Source: an uncultured Candidatus Entotheonella sp. (GTDB lineage Bacteria > Tectomicrobia > Entotheonellia > Entotheonellales > Entotheonellaceae). Taken from it: 64,000 bases of DNA. The stretch covers positions 2,848,001 to 2,912,000 of the forward strand of contig OZ244252.1 of assembly GCA_965217185.1 (NCBI GenBank), in the 5' to 3' direction. A program made the translations under genes and the position numbers. This document shows, in pieces, positions 10,855-23,280 of this stretch (the stretch's first letter is position 1; each line of letters starts with the position of its first letter). A model generated the notes under the pieces. The model worked only from the letters and a program-made list of their open reading frames with translations, did no database searches and was not told where the DNA came from.

Positions 10855-13372
10855 GCATCCGGCGGGACGGCGGTCCGGCATCGCCGGTGGGGGTCGGGGA
10901 AACGGTGGTCACCGCTCCGTTGATCAAAGAGGCGGTTGACGTGGCATGCGTCGGGTCGATGAACACCTCGAAGTACGGGTCACCCTCCGGCGTGCGTGTG
11001 ATGGCGTCCGTTTCATCCTGCACGGCCTGGCGGACGAAGCGGATGCCCGGCGGGATGGGGAAATCCGTCACCGGCTGTCCCTGCAGCGCCTTTTGCATGA
11101 ACGCCAGCCAGATCGGCGCCGCCACCCGGCCGCCGCTCTCGCGTTTGCCCAGCGAGACCTGATTGTCGAATCCCACCCATACGCCGGCAACGATCTCGGG
11201 CGTATAACCGATAAACCAGGCGTCGTGGAAGTCGTTCGTGGTACCTGTCTTGCCCGCCACCGGGCGCTCCAGGGCGCGCACCCCTCGCCCGGTGCCGTGC
11301 TGCACGACGCTCTCCAGCATGTTGGTGACGGTGTAGGCCACCTCCGGGCTCATGACGCGCTGCGCCGTCAGCATGTGCTCTTCTTTAATCGTTCCATAGC
11401 GGTCCACGATGCGGGTGATGAACACCGGCTCGGTATGAATCCCCTGGTTGGCGAACACCCCGTAGAGGGTGGTGACGTCGAGCAGCGTCATCTCCGCGGC
11501 CCCCAGGGCCAGAGACAGCACGCACGGCAGTTCGCGGCGCACACCGAGCCGCCGGGCATAGGCGCAGGCGGCGTCCACACCGATTTTTTCCAGCACGTCG
11601 ATGGTCGCCAGATTGCGCGACTTGGTAAGCGCCAGACGCAGCGGGATCGGCCCGAGGAATTTCTGGTCATAGTTTTCCGGTTCCCACGTGCTGCCCCCGG
11701 GAATCTCGCGCACGATGGGGTCGTCCGAGACCTGAGAGGTCGGATTCATGCCGGCTTCGATGGCAGCGGCGAAAATGACCGGCTTGAACGCCGAACCGGG
11801 CTGTCGAACCGCCCGCAGTGCCCGGTTGAACTGGCTGCTGTCAAAGTCGTAGCCGCCGATCATGGCCAACACGTGGTTGCTGCTGGCCTCCAGCGCCAGC
11901 AACGCCCCCTGCACCTCCGGGTCCTGCTCAAGCGCCAACTGGTGCGACAGCCCCTCGGGGTCGGGCTGCATAACCTGCACTCGTACGACGTCGCCGCGCC
12001 GCAGCAACTGCGTCAAATCACCGTCGAACTTGCCCGGCTCGCCGACCACCGATCGAATCCACTCGATGCCCCCCGGCTTGATCACACCGCGCGACTTGCG
12101 GACGGCCACGGTGGCGCTGTCCGCCTGCACTTCCAGCACCACGCCCGCCAACAGGTCCCCGTCATACACCGTCGGAGAAGCGCCGTGCGTCATGGTGATC
12201 GCCTCGATCAGCGCGGTGTTGCGGGCTGCGTCCGAAGTGAGCACCACGTTGCGGGAGGGCGGCTTCCAGGCACCGCGGCGGACGCGCTTGTCCACCGTCA
12301 ACAGGCCGTCCTGGATGGCCCGTTGCGCCGTCTGTTGCAGCCGCAGATCCAGGGTTGTATGTACCGTGAAGCCGCCGCGGTACAGCGCCGTCGGGCCGTA
12401 TTCGTCTTCCAGATGCTGGCGCACGTGCTCAATGAAATACGGCGCCTTGTTGACGCGATGGGTGACGTGCGGACGCTCGCCGGGGGAACACAGCGGCTCC
12501 TGTTCCGCCGCTGCCGCTTCTTCGGGGTTCAGGTAGCCTTCGTCTACCATGCGCCGCAGGACGTGCGCCCGCTGCCGCAGGCTGCGTTCCGGGTTTCTCA
12601 ACGGTGAATACGTATTCGGGGCCGGCGGCAGACCGGCGATCATGGCGCCATCGGCGAGGCTGAGATCGGCCACGGATTTGCCGCAGTAAAGTTGGGCCGC
12701 CGCTTCGATGCCGTAGGTGTTGTGGCCGTAGAAAATCTGGTTCAGATAGATCTGCAGGATGCTGTCTTTGTCGTACCGCTGCTCGATGCGGCGGGCCAGG
12801 ATGGCCTCACGGATTTTGCGCCGCAGCGTGCGTTCACGGGTGAGGAAGAGATTGCGCGCCACCTGCTGGGTGATCGTGCTGGCGCCCTCGCGGGTGATGC
12901 CGGCGCGTAGATTCACCCAGACGGCGCGCCCGATGCCGATGTAATCCACCCCACCGTGCGAGTAGAAACGGCTGTCTTCGGCGGCAATCGTCGCGTGCCG
13001 CACGTAGATGGGGATTTCGGTGAGGTGCACCAGGCGGCGTTTTTCGACGAAGAACTCGGCGATCAGTTGTTCGTGGCGGTCGTACACCTCGGTGACCAAG
13101 CTGGGCTGATAATCTTCGAGCGCCGCCACGTCGGGCAAATCGGTCGCCAACTCCCGATACGCGACGTAGCCTGCCGTGCCCGCTCCGGTAATACCCAACA
13201 ACATCAAAACGGCGAAGCCGATGAGCACGCGGCGCAGGATGCGACGGCGCCGCCGGGACTGTGCCGACCGTCTTGGCCGTCTCGGCGCTCTGACGTTCGC
13301 GTTTGGATTCCGTGACCTGCCGTGCCTCGTCCTACCGTGGCTCGGCCGGCGATTCTGCGGTTCCTCGCTCAT
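10805..13372 (-). CDS. mrcA: Class A penicillin-binding protein 1A
   Basis: TG motifs EDSRF and GASTITQQVARN; TP motifs SAFK, SRN, KTG; N-terminal TM. Confidence 0.93.
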   Translation of the reverse strand: MSEEPQNRRPSHGRTRHGRSRNPNANVRAPRRPRRSAQSRRRRRILRRVLIGFAVLMLLGITGAGTAGYVAYRELATDLPDVAALEDYQPSLVTEVYDRHEQLIAEFFVEKRRLVHLTEIPIYVRHATIAAEDSRFYSHGGVDYIGIGRAVWVNLRAGITREGASTITQQVARNLFLTRERTLRRKIREAILARRIEQRYDKDSILQIYLNQIFYGHNTYGIEAAAQLYCGKSVADLSLADGAMIAGLPPAPNTYSPLRNPERSLRQRAHVLRRMVDEGYLNPEEAAAAEQEPLCSPGERPHVTHRVNKAPYFIEHVRQHLEDEYGPTALYRGGFTVHTTLDLRLQQTAQRAIQDGLLTVDKRVRRGAWKPPSRNVVLTSDAARNTALIEAITMTHGASPTVYDGDLLAGVVLEVQADSATVAVRKSRGVIKPGGIEWIRSVVGEPGKFDGDLTQLLRRGDVVRVQVMQPDPEGLSHQLALEQDPEVQGALLALEASSNHVLAMIGGYDFDSSQFNRALRAVRQPGSAFKPVIFAAAIEAGMNPTSQVSDDPIVREIPGGSTWEPENYDQKFLGPIPLRLALTKSRNLATIDVLEKIGVDAACAYARRLGVRRELPCVLSLALGAAEMTLLDVTTLYGVFANQGIHTEPVFITRIVDRYGTIKEEHMLTAQRVMSPEVAYTVTNMLESVVQHGTGRGVRALERPVAGKTGTTNDFHDAWFIGYTPEIVAGVWVGFDNQVSLGKRESGGRVAAPIWLAFMQKALQGQPVTDFPIPPGIRFVRQAVQDETDAITRTPEGDPYFEVFIDPTHATSTASLINGAVTTVSPTPTGDAGPPSRRMLNQLDRRRRDTETPAR

Positions 13373-14097
13373 CTCCCTTGCCCTCCTTGGCCCGGCAGGC
13401 CCAATTCACGCTGGATGTCCTGCATGTCCTCCCACACCTTGCGCTTGTCCTGCGGGTTGCGCAGCAGGTACGCCGGGTGGAAGGTGGGCCGTACCAGGAT
13501 GTCGCCCATTGGGTGAAACCGCCCACGCAGGCGGGAGATGCGCTCATCGGTTTGCAGCAGCGTCTGAGCTGCGAAGGCGCCGAGGGCGCAGATGACGCGC
13601 GGCTTCAGACAGGCCAACTGCTTATCGATGATCGGCCGGCACGCCGCCACCTCGTCGGGCAGCGGGTTGCGGTTTTGCGGCGGGCGGCACTTGATGACGT
13701 TGAGAATGTAGACGTCCTGACGGGTCAGGCCGATGGCCTGAATGATGCGGGTGAGAAGCTGACCGGCCGCGCCGACGAACGGCTCGCCCTGGATGTCTTC
13801 ATCGCGTCCTGGCGCCTCGCCGACGAACACCAGGTCAGCCGCGGGGTTGCCGGTGCCGAACACCACCTGCCGACGGCCTTCGTGCAGGCGGCAGGCTTGG
13901 CAATCCTTGACGGACGCCGCGAGTTCCGCCAGTTGCGCGGCGGTGTTGGCTGAGGATGATACCGGGCTTGAGACGTTCGGGCCCACCACGGCACCGCGCG
14001 CCGATGGCAGCACCAGCGGCAATTCCGTAACGCCGAGGCGCTGCAAATAGCGCACGTAGTCCCGCAGCGCGGCCGCGGCGGTGCCAGCCGGGTTCAT
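13369..14097 (-). CDS. Uracil-DNA glycosylase family 4 (Fe-S)
   Basis: [27 protein letters not shown]. Confidence 0.92.
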   Translation of the reverse strand: MNPAGTAAAALRDYVRYLQRLGVTELPLVLPSARGAVVGPNVSSPVSSSANTAAQLAELAASVKDCQACRLHEGRRQVVFGTGNPAADLVFVGEAPGRDEDIQGEPFVGAAGQLLTRIIQAIGLTRQDVYILNVIKCRPPQNRNPLPDEVAACRPIIDKQLACLKPRVICALGAFAAQTLLQTDERISRLRGRFHPMGDILVRPTFHPAYLLRNPQDKRKVWEDMQDIQRELGLPGQGGQGR

Positions 14098-15317
14098 GCC
14101 CCGTCTCCCTGGCGCTGCGTCAGCACCGCCTGGACGCGATCGAGGATGGCCTCCGCCAAGGCCCGCTTGCTCATCACCGGCAAGGGCTCGATGCGACCGG
14201 CAGCGTCGATCAGGTGCACGCGATTGTGGTCGCTGGCAAAACCCATCGCGGGGTCGCTGACGTCATTGGCCACGATCAGGTCCAGGGCCTTTTTGCTCAC
14301 CTTCTGCTTCGCGTTGGCCAGCAGGTCGCGCGTTTCGGCGGCGAAGCCAACCAGCACGCGCTTGCCTTTTACGGCGCCCAGTTCGGCCAGGATGTCGGGG
14401 TTGCGTTCGAGCGCGATGCTCAGCGTCGCGTCCTCCTTCTTGACCTTGTCGGCGATAACGGTCGCGGGCCGGAAATCCGACACGGCCGCCGATTTGATGA
14501 CCACGTCGGCGGCTGCGAAATGCTCCCGCACCGCGTCGCGCATCTGCACCGCCGTGCGTACCGGGACGCAGGTGACGCCAACCGGCGCCTGCAAGTGCGT
14601 GGGGCCGGTAATGAGCACCACTTCGGCACCGCGCTGTCGGGCCGCTTCGGCGATGGCGAAGCCGGTCTTGCCGGAAGAAGCATTGGAGATGTGGCGTACC
14701 GGATCGATCTGCTCTTGCGTGGGGCCGGCGGTGACGATCACCGTCTTGCCGCTCAGGACAGTCGTCTGCCGCAGCGAAGCGGCTACGGCCTCGACCACGG
14801 TTGCGGCAGCGAGGCTCCAGCCCAACTCGTCCGCAGAGTCGTTCGTTTCCGACACCCCGGCGTCGCACAGGGTCACCCCGGCGTCGCGCAAGCGCTGCAC
14901 GTTCTGCCGCACCAGCGGGTGCTGATACTCGGCGGCACGCGCGGCGCAGGCGAACACCGTCGGCCCGTTGTGCAGCAGCATCGCCCGCACGAGGGCCTCA
15001 TCGGCCCAGCCGGTCGCCGCCTTGGCGATCAGCGCCGGGGTTGCGGGCACCACCACCAAGCCGTCGGCATTTCGCACCAAGGCGTGTAGGGAATGGAAGT
15101 CCTGCGCGCCCATGCGACCGTACAGGTCGCCGGGCATGAGCACGTCGCCATCAGCGAGGCTGCGGAAGGTCAGGGCCGGCACAAAGGCTTCGGTTTCGGC
15201 GCTGAGCACGACCCGCACGCCGGCGCCGGCGCGTTGCAGGGCGCGCAACACCTCGATGGCCGCCGACGTCAACGGTCCGCCGCCAACGCCGAGCATGATG
15301 GTTTTGGCCTGCAGCAT
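14094..15317 (-). CDS. coaBC: CoaBC-type protein; ligase domain intact, decarboxylase domain divergent
   Basis: VTAGPTQEQIDPVRHISNASSGKTG, AAVSDF, VGFAAET, IVANDV; located downstream of gmk. Confidence 0.88.
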   Translation of the reverse strand: MLQAKTIMLGVGGGPLTSAAIEVLRALQRAGAGVRVVLSAETEAFVPALTFRSLADGDVLMPGDLYGRMGAQDFHSLHALVRNADGLVVVPATPALIAKAATGWADEALVRAMLLHNGPTVFACAARAAEYQHPLVRQNVQRLRDAGVTLCDAGVSETNDSADELGWSLAAATVVEAVAASLRQTTVLSGKTVIVTAGPTQEQIDPVRHISNASSGKTGFAIAEAARQRGAEVVLITGPTHLQAPVGVTCVPVRTAVQMRDAVREHFAAADVVIKSAAVSDFRPATVIADKVKKEDATLSIALERNPDILAELGAVKGKRVLVGFAAETRDLLANAKQKVSKKALDLIVANDVSDPAMGFASDHNRVHLIDAAGRIEPLPVMSKRALAEAILDRVQAVLTQRQGDGA

Positions 15318-15333
15318 GGTTGAAACTCCCGCC

Positions 15334-15948
15334 TTACGTACCGCCGTTCAGGAGTTGCAGAATCGGCGCCGGATCAGCGCGCCGAACACGGTGGCGCTCC
15401 GCGAGGACGATGGCCTTCAGCGCCGCCAGCGCTTCGGCAAAGCAGTCGTTGATCAGCACGTAGTCATACGCCGTGTACTGGGCGCTTTCCTGCCGGGCGA
15501 CTGCCAGCCTTGCGCGCGCTGTTTTGGTGCCGGACTCGCGCCCCGCCAGCCGCTCTTCCAACGCCTGCCACGAGGGCGGTAGCACGAAGACGTGCACCGC
15601 GTCGACGCCAGCGCGGCGCAATTGTTCGGCGCCTTGCACGTCGATGACCAGCAAGACGTCCTTGCCGGCAGCCGTGGCCTCGTCGATTGGCTGCCGCAGC
15701 GTGCCGTAGCGGTGCCGGTGCACGCAGGCCCATTCCAGAAAATCCCCGGCAGCCACGCGCTCGGCAAATTGTTGTGCACTGATGAAGTAATAGTCGAGGC
15801 CATCCTGTTCCTGCGCCCGCGGCGCGCGCGTGGTGCAGGAGACGGATCGCACCACGTCGTCCATGGCGGCGCACAGTGCCTCGCACAGCGATGTCTTGCC
15901 GCCGCCGGAGGGCGCCGATATCACGAACAGGATTCCCTTGCGGCTCAT
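15334..15948 (-). CDS. gmk: Guanylate kinase
   Basis: SAPSGGGKT, TTRAPR..E.DG.DY, IDVQGA. Confidence 0.95.
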   Translation of the reverse strand: MSRKGILFVISAPSGGGKTSLCEALCAAMDDVVRSVSCTTRAPRAQEQDGLDYYFISAQQFAERVAAGDFLEWACVHRHRYGTLRQPIDEATAAGKDVLLVIDVQGAEQLRRAGVDAVHVFVLPPSWQALEERLAGRESGTKTARARLAVARQESAQYTAYDYVLINDCFAEALAALKAIVLAERHRVRRADPAPILQLLNGGT

Positions 15949-15993
15949 CTGGTGTCCCGTGACGCGCAGCCGGCTGGCCCGACCCCGCATCGG

Positions 15994-16872
15994 CTATTCG
16001 ATGTTCTGGATCTGCTCGCGGCAGCGCTCCAACTCACTTTTGATCTCCACCACGCAATGCGAAATCGTCAGGTCGTTGGCCTTGGCGGCGATCGTTTCGA
16101 TCTCGCGGCGCATTTCCTGCACCAGAAAATCGACCTTGCGGCCCACCGCCTCGCCGGAGGCCAACAGCGCCTGCATGGCCTGCAAGTGCGCCCCCAGCCG
16201 CGTCAACTCCTCGGTGATGTCGCCGCGCTCGGCAAACAGGACGGCTTCCTGCGCCAGGCGTGCGGCGTCCAGGTCGACGCGTTCAAACCATTCCTTGACC
16301 CGCTGTTCCAGACGCTGCTGGTGGTCCGTCACCACCTGCGGCAGGCGCTGGCGGATCAAATCCAGTTGCTGGGCAACCGCCTGCATGCGGGCGCTCAGAT
16401 CCCCGCACAGAAAGGCGCCTTCCTGCAGCCGCATGGCCTTGAGCGCATCCAGTGCCGCCACCAGCCCCGCGGCAATGAGCGGCCAGTCGGCTTCCACGTC
16501 CGCCGGCACGTTCTCACTGACCCTAAGCACGTCGCGCAAGCCCATCAGCAGGCTCATGTCGACGGTGCCCGGCACCCCCAGGCGGTACTGCAACTCCCGC
16601 AGCGCCTCGTAGTACTGCTGGGCCAGGGCGTAATCCGGCGTCACGGTGCGGGCGGCATGGCCGTTCTCGTCCAGGGTGATGCGGATGTCGATACGGCCGC
16701 GCGCAAAATGCTGACTGACGAGTTGTTTCATCCGTGCTTCGAGGGGCGCGTAAGCACGAGGGTAGTGCCAGGCGATGTCGAGATGGCGGTGGTTGACCGA
16801 CCTGGCTTCGATGGTCAGGGCCAGGCGGGCGTCGTGCACGTCGCTGCGGCCGTAGCCGGTCATGCTTTGCAT
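15994..16872 (-). CDS. yicC: YicC/YloC family endoribonuclease
   Basis: SMTGYG, SVNHRHLD, GRKVDFLVQEM, REQIQNIE. Confidence 0.95.
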   Translation of the reverse strand: MQSMTGYGRSDVHDARLALTIEARSVNHRHLDIAWHYPRAYAPLEARMKQLVSQHFARGRIDIRITLDENGHAARTVTPDYALAQQYYEALRELQYRLGVPGTVDMSLLMGLRDVLRVSENVPADVEADWPLIAAGLVAALDALKAMRLQEGAFLCGDLSARMQAVAQQLDLIRQRLPQVVTDHQQRLEQRVKEWFERVDLDAARLAQEAVLFAERGDITEELTRLGAHLQAMQALLASGEAVGRKVDFLVQEMRREIETIAAKANDLTISHCVVEIKSELERCREQIQNIE

Positions 16873-16895
16873 AGGTAAGGCCTGTGTCCCAGGGT

Positions 16896-17795
16896 TTAGG
16901 GCGTCGTCACCGAATCCGTCGAGGCAGGTTGCAGGGCAGCGCTCAAGAAGGGCATCAGCCGGGGCACGACCGTGCGGGCTGCCTCTTCGAGGGCAAGGGC
17001 GCTGGCCTGCCCGGAATGGTTATCATCCACATTTGCCTCCCCCCGCTCCTGCGCCAGCACGCCACCCGTGGGGGTATCCAGGACACGCAGTTGCAAAATG
17101 GCATGCACGGCGGAACCGGACACCGCATTGTAGGTCTGCTGAACCCCGGCATGCCCGACTAGCAGCATGGCGATCTCAGCCTCGCGCGCCGCTTGTAAGG
17201 CCGCGTCCTCGGTGCCGTCCCACTGCAAACCGGGCTCCAGCTCGCCGATGCGCACACCGAGTTCCGCCAACTGCGAGCGCAGCATTCGGGTGACGACGCC
17301 GCGCTCGGCCCACCACGTCGACGTTGCCTGGCCGAGGTGACGCTCCGTAATCAGGATGGCCAACCGTCCGGCGTCACCTCCCGGCAGCCGTCCCGGATCA
17401 ACCGTAGCGACCGACGAACCCAACGTCGCCAGCGCCTGCTGCACCCTTGGCAAGGCGACTTCTGCCTCCAGGCGGACGCGGTAGACCTTGCCCGGGGCGT
17501 CGGGGTATTCCCACAGCACGCGGTAGCTGGAGATGTACGGCCACGGCTCGGCGTATAAACGCTCGTTCAACAAATGGATATTGGCCACCACCGCATCGGT
17601 GTCGAGCACGCTCAGGACGGCCTCTTCCAGTGCCGCGCGCAATGCCGCACGAACCGCTTGCTGCCGCGCCGCCGCCTGGTTCTCCGACACGATGGCCCCG
17701 ACGCCCTCAACCTGATAGGTCCACGAGGGGGCAGCAAAGCCGTTCGGCGATGCCGACAACAGCAGCAGGATCAGGCCGATCATCGTCTTGCGCAT
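16896..17795 (-). CDS. Exported hypothetical protein (FlgT N-terminal-like)
   Basis: Signal peptide MRKTMIGLILLLLSASPNGFA; EGVGAI...ARQQAVRAALRAALEEA pattern. Confidence 0.6.
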   Translation of the reverse strand: MRKTMIGLILLLLSASPNGFAAPSWTYQVEGVGAIVSENQAAARQQAVRAALRAALEEAVLSVLDTDAVVANIHLLNERLYAEPWPYISSYRVLWEYPDAPGKVYRVRLEAEVALPRVQQALATLGSSVATVDPGRLPGGDAGRLAILITERHLGQATSTWWAERGVVTRMLRSQLAELGVRIGELEPGLQWDGTEDAALQAAREAEIAMLLVGHAGVQQTYNAVSGSAVHAILQLRVLDTPTGGVLAQERGEANVDDNHSGQASALALEEAARTVVPRLMPFLSAALQPASTDSVTTP

Positions 17796-17817
17796 CCGTG
17801 TTCCCCCATCCCGGCGT

Positions 17818-18573
17818 TTATGACGCTGCCTTGCCGAGGCCGCAGGCTTGGTACAACTTGTCCACTTCAAACGATTCGAGAAAGCGAAACTGGCCCAGGG
17901 CGAGACCGGCGAGGGTCAGGGGGCCCAGACCGACGCGTTGCAACCTACGAATACCATAGCCGCCGCAACGTTCCAGCATGCGGTGGACCTGCCGATTTTT
18001 CCCCTCGCGCAGAGTTATCCGCAACCAGCAGGTCTTCTCAAAGCGCCGCACCACGTACACCTGCGCGGGCGAGGTCCTGCCGTCGGGCAGGTCGACGCCG
18101 CGCCGCATGGTTTCGAGGTCCTTTTCGGCTACCGTGCCGTTGACGCGCACCAGGTAGACGCGCGGCGTGCCGTAGCGTGGGTGCAGCAGGCGATTCGCCA
18201 GCGGGCCGTCGTTGGTCAGCAGCAGCAACCCTTCGGTATTGAAGTCCAGACGGCCGACCGGAAACAGGCGCACCGGCTTGTACTTCATCAGGTCGAACAC
18301 GGTAGGGCGGCCCTTTTCGTCATTGGTGGTGGTGACGCACCCAGACGGCTTGTGCAGCATCACGTAGCGCATCGGCGCCCGCGGGCGCAGTCGGCGGCCG
18401 TCCACCACGACGACGTCGTTGGCATCAACCGACGTGCCGAGCACAGTCACCAAGCGGCCATTGACGCGCACACGCCCCTGCGAAATCATCTCTTCGGCCT
18501 TGCGGCGCGAGGCCAAGCCGGCCTGCGCAATGACCTTCTGCAATCGAGTAGAAGCTGGCGACGCTCTGGACAT
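17818..18573 (-). CDS. rluB: RsuA/RluB-family pseudouridine synthase
   Basis: S4 domain RLQKVIAQAGLASRRKAE, PVGRLDFNTEGLLLLTNDG, EGKNRQV. Confidence 0.88.
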   Translation of the reverse strand: MSRASPASTRLQKVIAQAGLASRRKAEEMISQGRVRVNGRLVTVLGTSVDANDVVVVDGRRLRPRAPMRYVMLHKPSGCVTTTNDEKGRPTVFDLMKYKPVRLFPVGRLDFNTEGLLLLTNDGPLANRLLHPRYGTPRVYLVRVNGTVAEKDLETMRRGVDLPDGRTSPAQVYVVRRFEKTCWLRITLREGKNRQVHRMLERCGGYGIRRLQRVGLGPLTLAGLALGQFRFLESFEVDKLYQACGLGKAAS

Positions 18574-18813
18574 GGGAGAAAGTCCCTCTTTTCGGTGGGG
18601 TCGGGTGTTTGGCAGCGGTTGGTCAGGAAACACCCATAACTAATTGTATGAATCACTCAAGAATGCGTCAACGCGAATTTCCCCACTGAAACGTGGTTTC
18701 AGGCGAGTTTTCAGACCATCATGGCACCGTTCGGATAGCTGGAGTTCCACCCTGTTAAACGCTACAATGCCTGCCTTCGCTTCCCGACCGACACGCGCTT
18801 ACAGGATTCGACC

Positions 18814-20246
18814 ATGCCTTCCGAACCCATGGGCAACGTGCACCTTCCCTATCTGCGCCGATTGCCGGCGGTCGATGAACTCCTGCGTACCCCGCAAGCG
18901 CAGCACTGGCAGGCCCGATTGTCGCGGCAAATCGTGACGGACGCCGTCCGCCAGGCGCTGGAAGCCACCCGACACAGCATTCTGCAGACCACTGAGGAGA
19001 CCGCACTGGCCGCCCTGCCCGTCGGCGCGTCAGCCGTGCTATCGCAGGTGGAGGCTATCCTACGCGCCGCGCAAGGCCGCGAATTGCAGCCCCTCATCAA
19101 CGCCACCGGGGTCATCGTGCACACCAACCTCGGCCGCTCGCTGCTGGCCGACTCGGCGGTGGCCAACATGCAGACGGTGGCCGCGGCATACAGCAATCTC
19201 GAATACGATGTGGAACTCGGCGAGCGCGGCACCCGCTACGGGCACCTTGAAGGGCTCCTGCGCTCCCTCACCGGTGCCGAAGCCGCCCTGGTGGTCAACA
19301 ACAACGCCGCGGCGGTGTACCTGGCCCTGCAGGCGCTGGCCAAGGGCAGCGAGGTGATCGTGTCGCGCGGCCAGCTCATCGAAATCGGCGGCTCATTCCG
19401 CATCCCCGACATCATGCGCAGCAGCGGCGCCGTTCTGCGCGAGGTCGGCAGCACCAACAAAACCCACCTGCGGGATTACGCCGCCGGCATCTCGGCGGAC
19501 ACCGCGCTGCTACTGCGGGTGCACACCAGCAATTACCGCATCGTCGGCTTTACCGCCGAGGTGCCGCGGCGCGAGCTGGTGGCGCTGGGCCGCGAGCACG
19601 GCCTGCCGGTCATGGAGGACCTGGGCAGCGGCACGCTGGTCGATCTGCAACCGTACGGCCTGCACGACGAGCCGACCGTTAACGAGGTGGTCGCCGGCGG
19701 CGTCGACGTGGTGACGTTCAGCGGCGACAAATTGCTGGGCGGGCCGCAGGCCGGCATCGTGGTGGGCAAGGCCGCCTACGTCGATCAATTGCGGCGCCAT
19801 CCGATGCACCGCGCCGTGCGGGTGGACAAGTTCACGGTGGCGGCGCTGGAAGCCACACTGAAGCTGTACGCCGACCCGGAAACGGCACGGCGGCAGATTC
19901 CCACCCTGGCGATGCTCGGCCTGTCGCCGCGCGACGTCGCGCGGCGCATTCGACGGCTGCGGCGTCTGTTGCCGGCCGGCAGCGACGCCGCCTACCGGCC
20001 GCAAGTGATCGACGGCACCTCGGCCGTCGGCGGCGGCGCCCTGCCGCTGGCCGTGCTGCCCACCAAGCTGCTGGCACTGCAGCCGGATTTCTGTTCGGTT
20101 AGCAGCCTCGAACGGCGCCTGCGCTGCCGCCGCCCGGCCGTCATCGGGCGCATCGCGCGGGATCAGCTACTGCTGGACCTGCGCACGGTTGCGGAACGCG
20201 AGGTCCCCGAGCTCGCCGCCGCCCTGCACGAACTGGTTCCAACAAC

Positions 20247-20250
<4 letters not shown>
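18814..20250 (+). CDS. selA: L-seryl-tRNA(Sec) selenium transferase
   Basis: [46 protein letters not shown]. Confidence 0.96.
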
Positions 20251-22154
<1,904 letters not shown>

Positions 22155-22181
22155 CAACCCCGCACCCACGAAGGACGGGCC

Positions 22182-22793
22182 ATGGCCAGTCGTACAACGC
22201 CAAAACGCAAGCAGCAACCCGCCGCGGCCGAAAAGCCGATCAGCCGCTACCCGGTACCGGCCCTTGAAGACCTGCCCGTCGACCTGCAAGCGCGCATCGT
22301 CGAGGTGCAGGCCAAAACCGGCTTCATCCCCAACGTTTTTCTTGTCCTGGCGCATCGCCCCGATGAATTCCGCGCCTTTTTCGCCTACTACGACGCCCTC
22401 ATGCTGCGCGACAGCGGCCTGTCCAAGGCCGAGCGCGAGATGATTGTGGTGGCCACCAGCGCCGCCAACGGCTGTCCGTACTGCGTGGTGGCGCACGGCG
22501 CCGTGCTGCGCATTTATGCGAAGAACCCCATCCTGGCCGACCAACTCACCGTGAACCATCGCCAAGCGGACATCACGGCGCGGCAGCGCGCCATGCTGAA
22601 TTTCGCCGTCAAAATGGCGCGCCGGCCCGAGCAGATTGAGGAAGCGGACGTTGAGACCTTACGCGGGGAGGGATTTTCCGACGAGGATGTCTGGGACATC
22701 GGCGCCATCACGGCGCTCTTCGCCATGTCCAACCGGTTGGCCCACCTGACGAACATGCGCCCCAACGAGGCGTTCTTTTCGCTGGGGCGCTGA
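22182..22793 (+). CDS. AhpD/CMD-family peroxidase-related enzyme
   Basis: GFIPNVF, EREMIVVATSAANGCPYCVVAHG, MSNRLA. Confidence 0.88.
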   Translation: MASRTTPKRKQQPAAAEKPISRYPVPALEDLPVDLQARIVEVQAKTGFIPNVFLVLAHRPDEFRAFFAYYDALMLRDSGLSKAEREMIVVATSAANGCPYCVVAHGAVLRIYAKNPILADQLTVNHRQADITARQRAMLNFAVKMARRPEQIEEADVETLRGEGFSDEDVWDIGAITALFAMSNRLAHLTNMRPNEAFFSLGR

Positions 22794-22824
22794 GGTAGGA
22801 CCGTAGAACTGTGCGGAGACGCGG

Positions 22825-23199
22825 CTATTCCAGCATGGCCAGGGTGCGGGCGACGAAGGTATGGATCAATGGACGGTCGATTTCGATCTCAAAGTCTTCC
22901 ATCTCATCGTGGTAGAAGTTTTTGTGGAACTTTTCGGCAGCCAGAAAACCGGCGTGCAACGCATCGTCCCCGGATTCCTGGGCGAGTCGTTGCACGGCGT
23001 TTTTCAAGTCACGGTGGGTACGGTGGCCCCAGCCGCGATGACGCGCAACAGCCATGACAGCATGGGAAGCGGCACCCCAGAGCTTTTCCGAAGCCTGCAG
23101 CCGGTCGCCGGCCTCGAACTCCCGGTCAGAGACGTCCAGAAACGCTTGAGCGGTGGCAACGCGATCCGGGCTCAGCATGGGCGTCTCCGGTTTGTGCAT
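22825..23199 (-). CDS. PaREP1-family (HEPN-like) protein
   Basis: GDRLQASEKLWGAA and FHKNFYH motifs. Confidence 0.75.
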   Translation of the reverse strand: MHKPETPMLSPDRVATAQAFLDVSDREFEAGDRLQASEKLWGAASHAVMAVARHRGWGHRTHRDLKNAVQRLAQESGDDALHAGFLAAEKFHKNFYHDEMEDFEIEIDRPLIHTFVARTLAMLE

Positions 23200-23280
23200 T
23201 GATGATTCTGTGCCAGCAAGTCAATTCCTTGCCGCGAAAACTTGGGCACTGACGACCGATGCTCAAATCTTACCGTTTCG

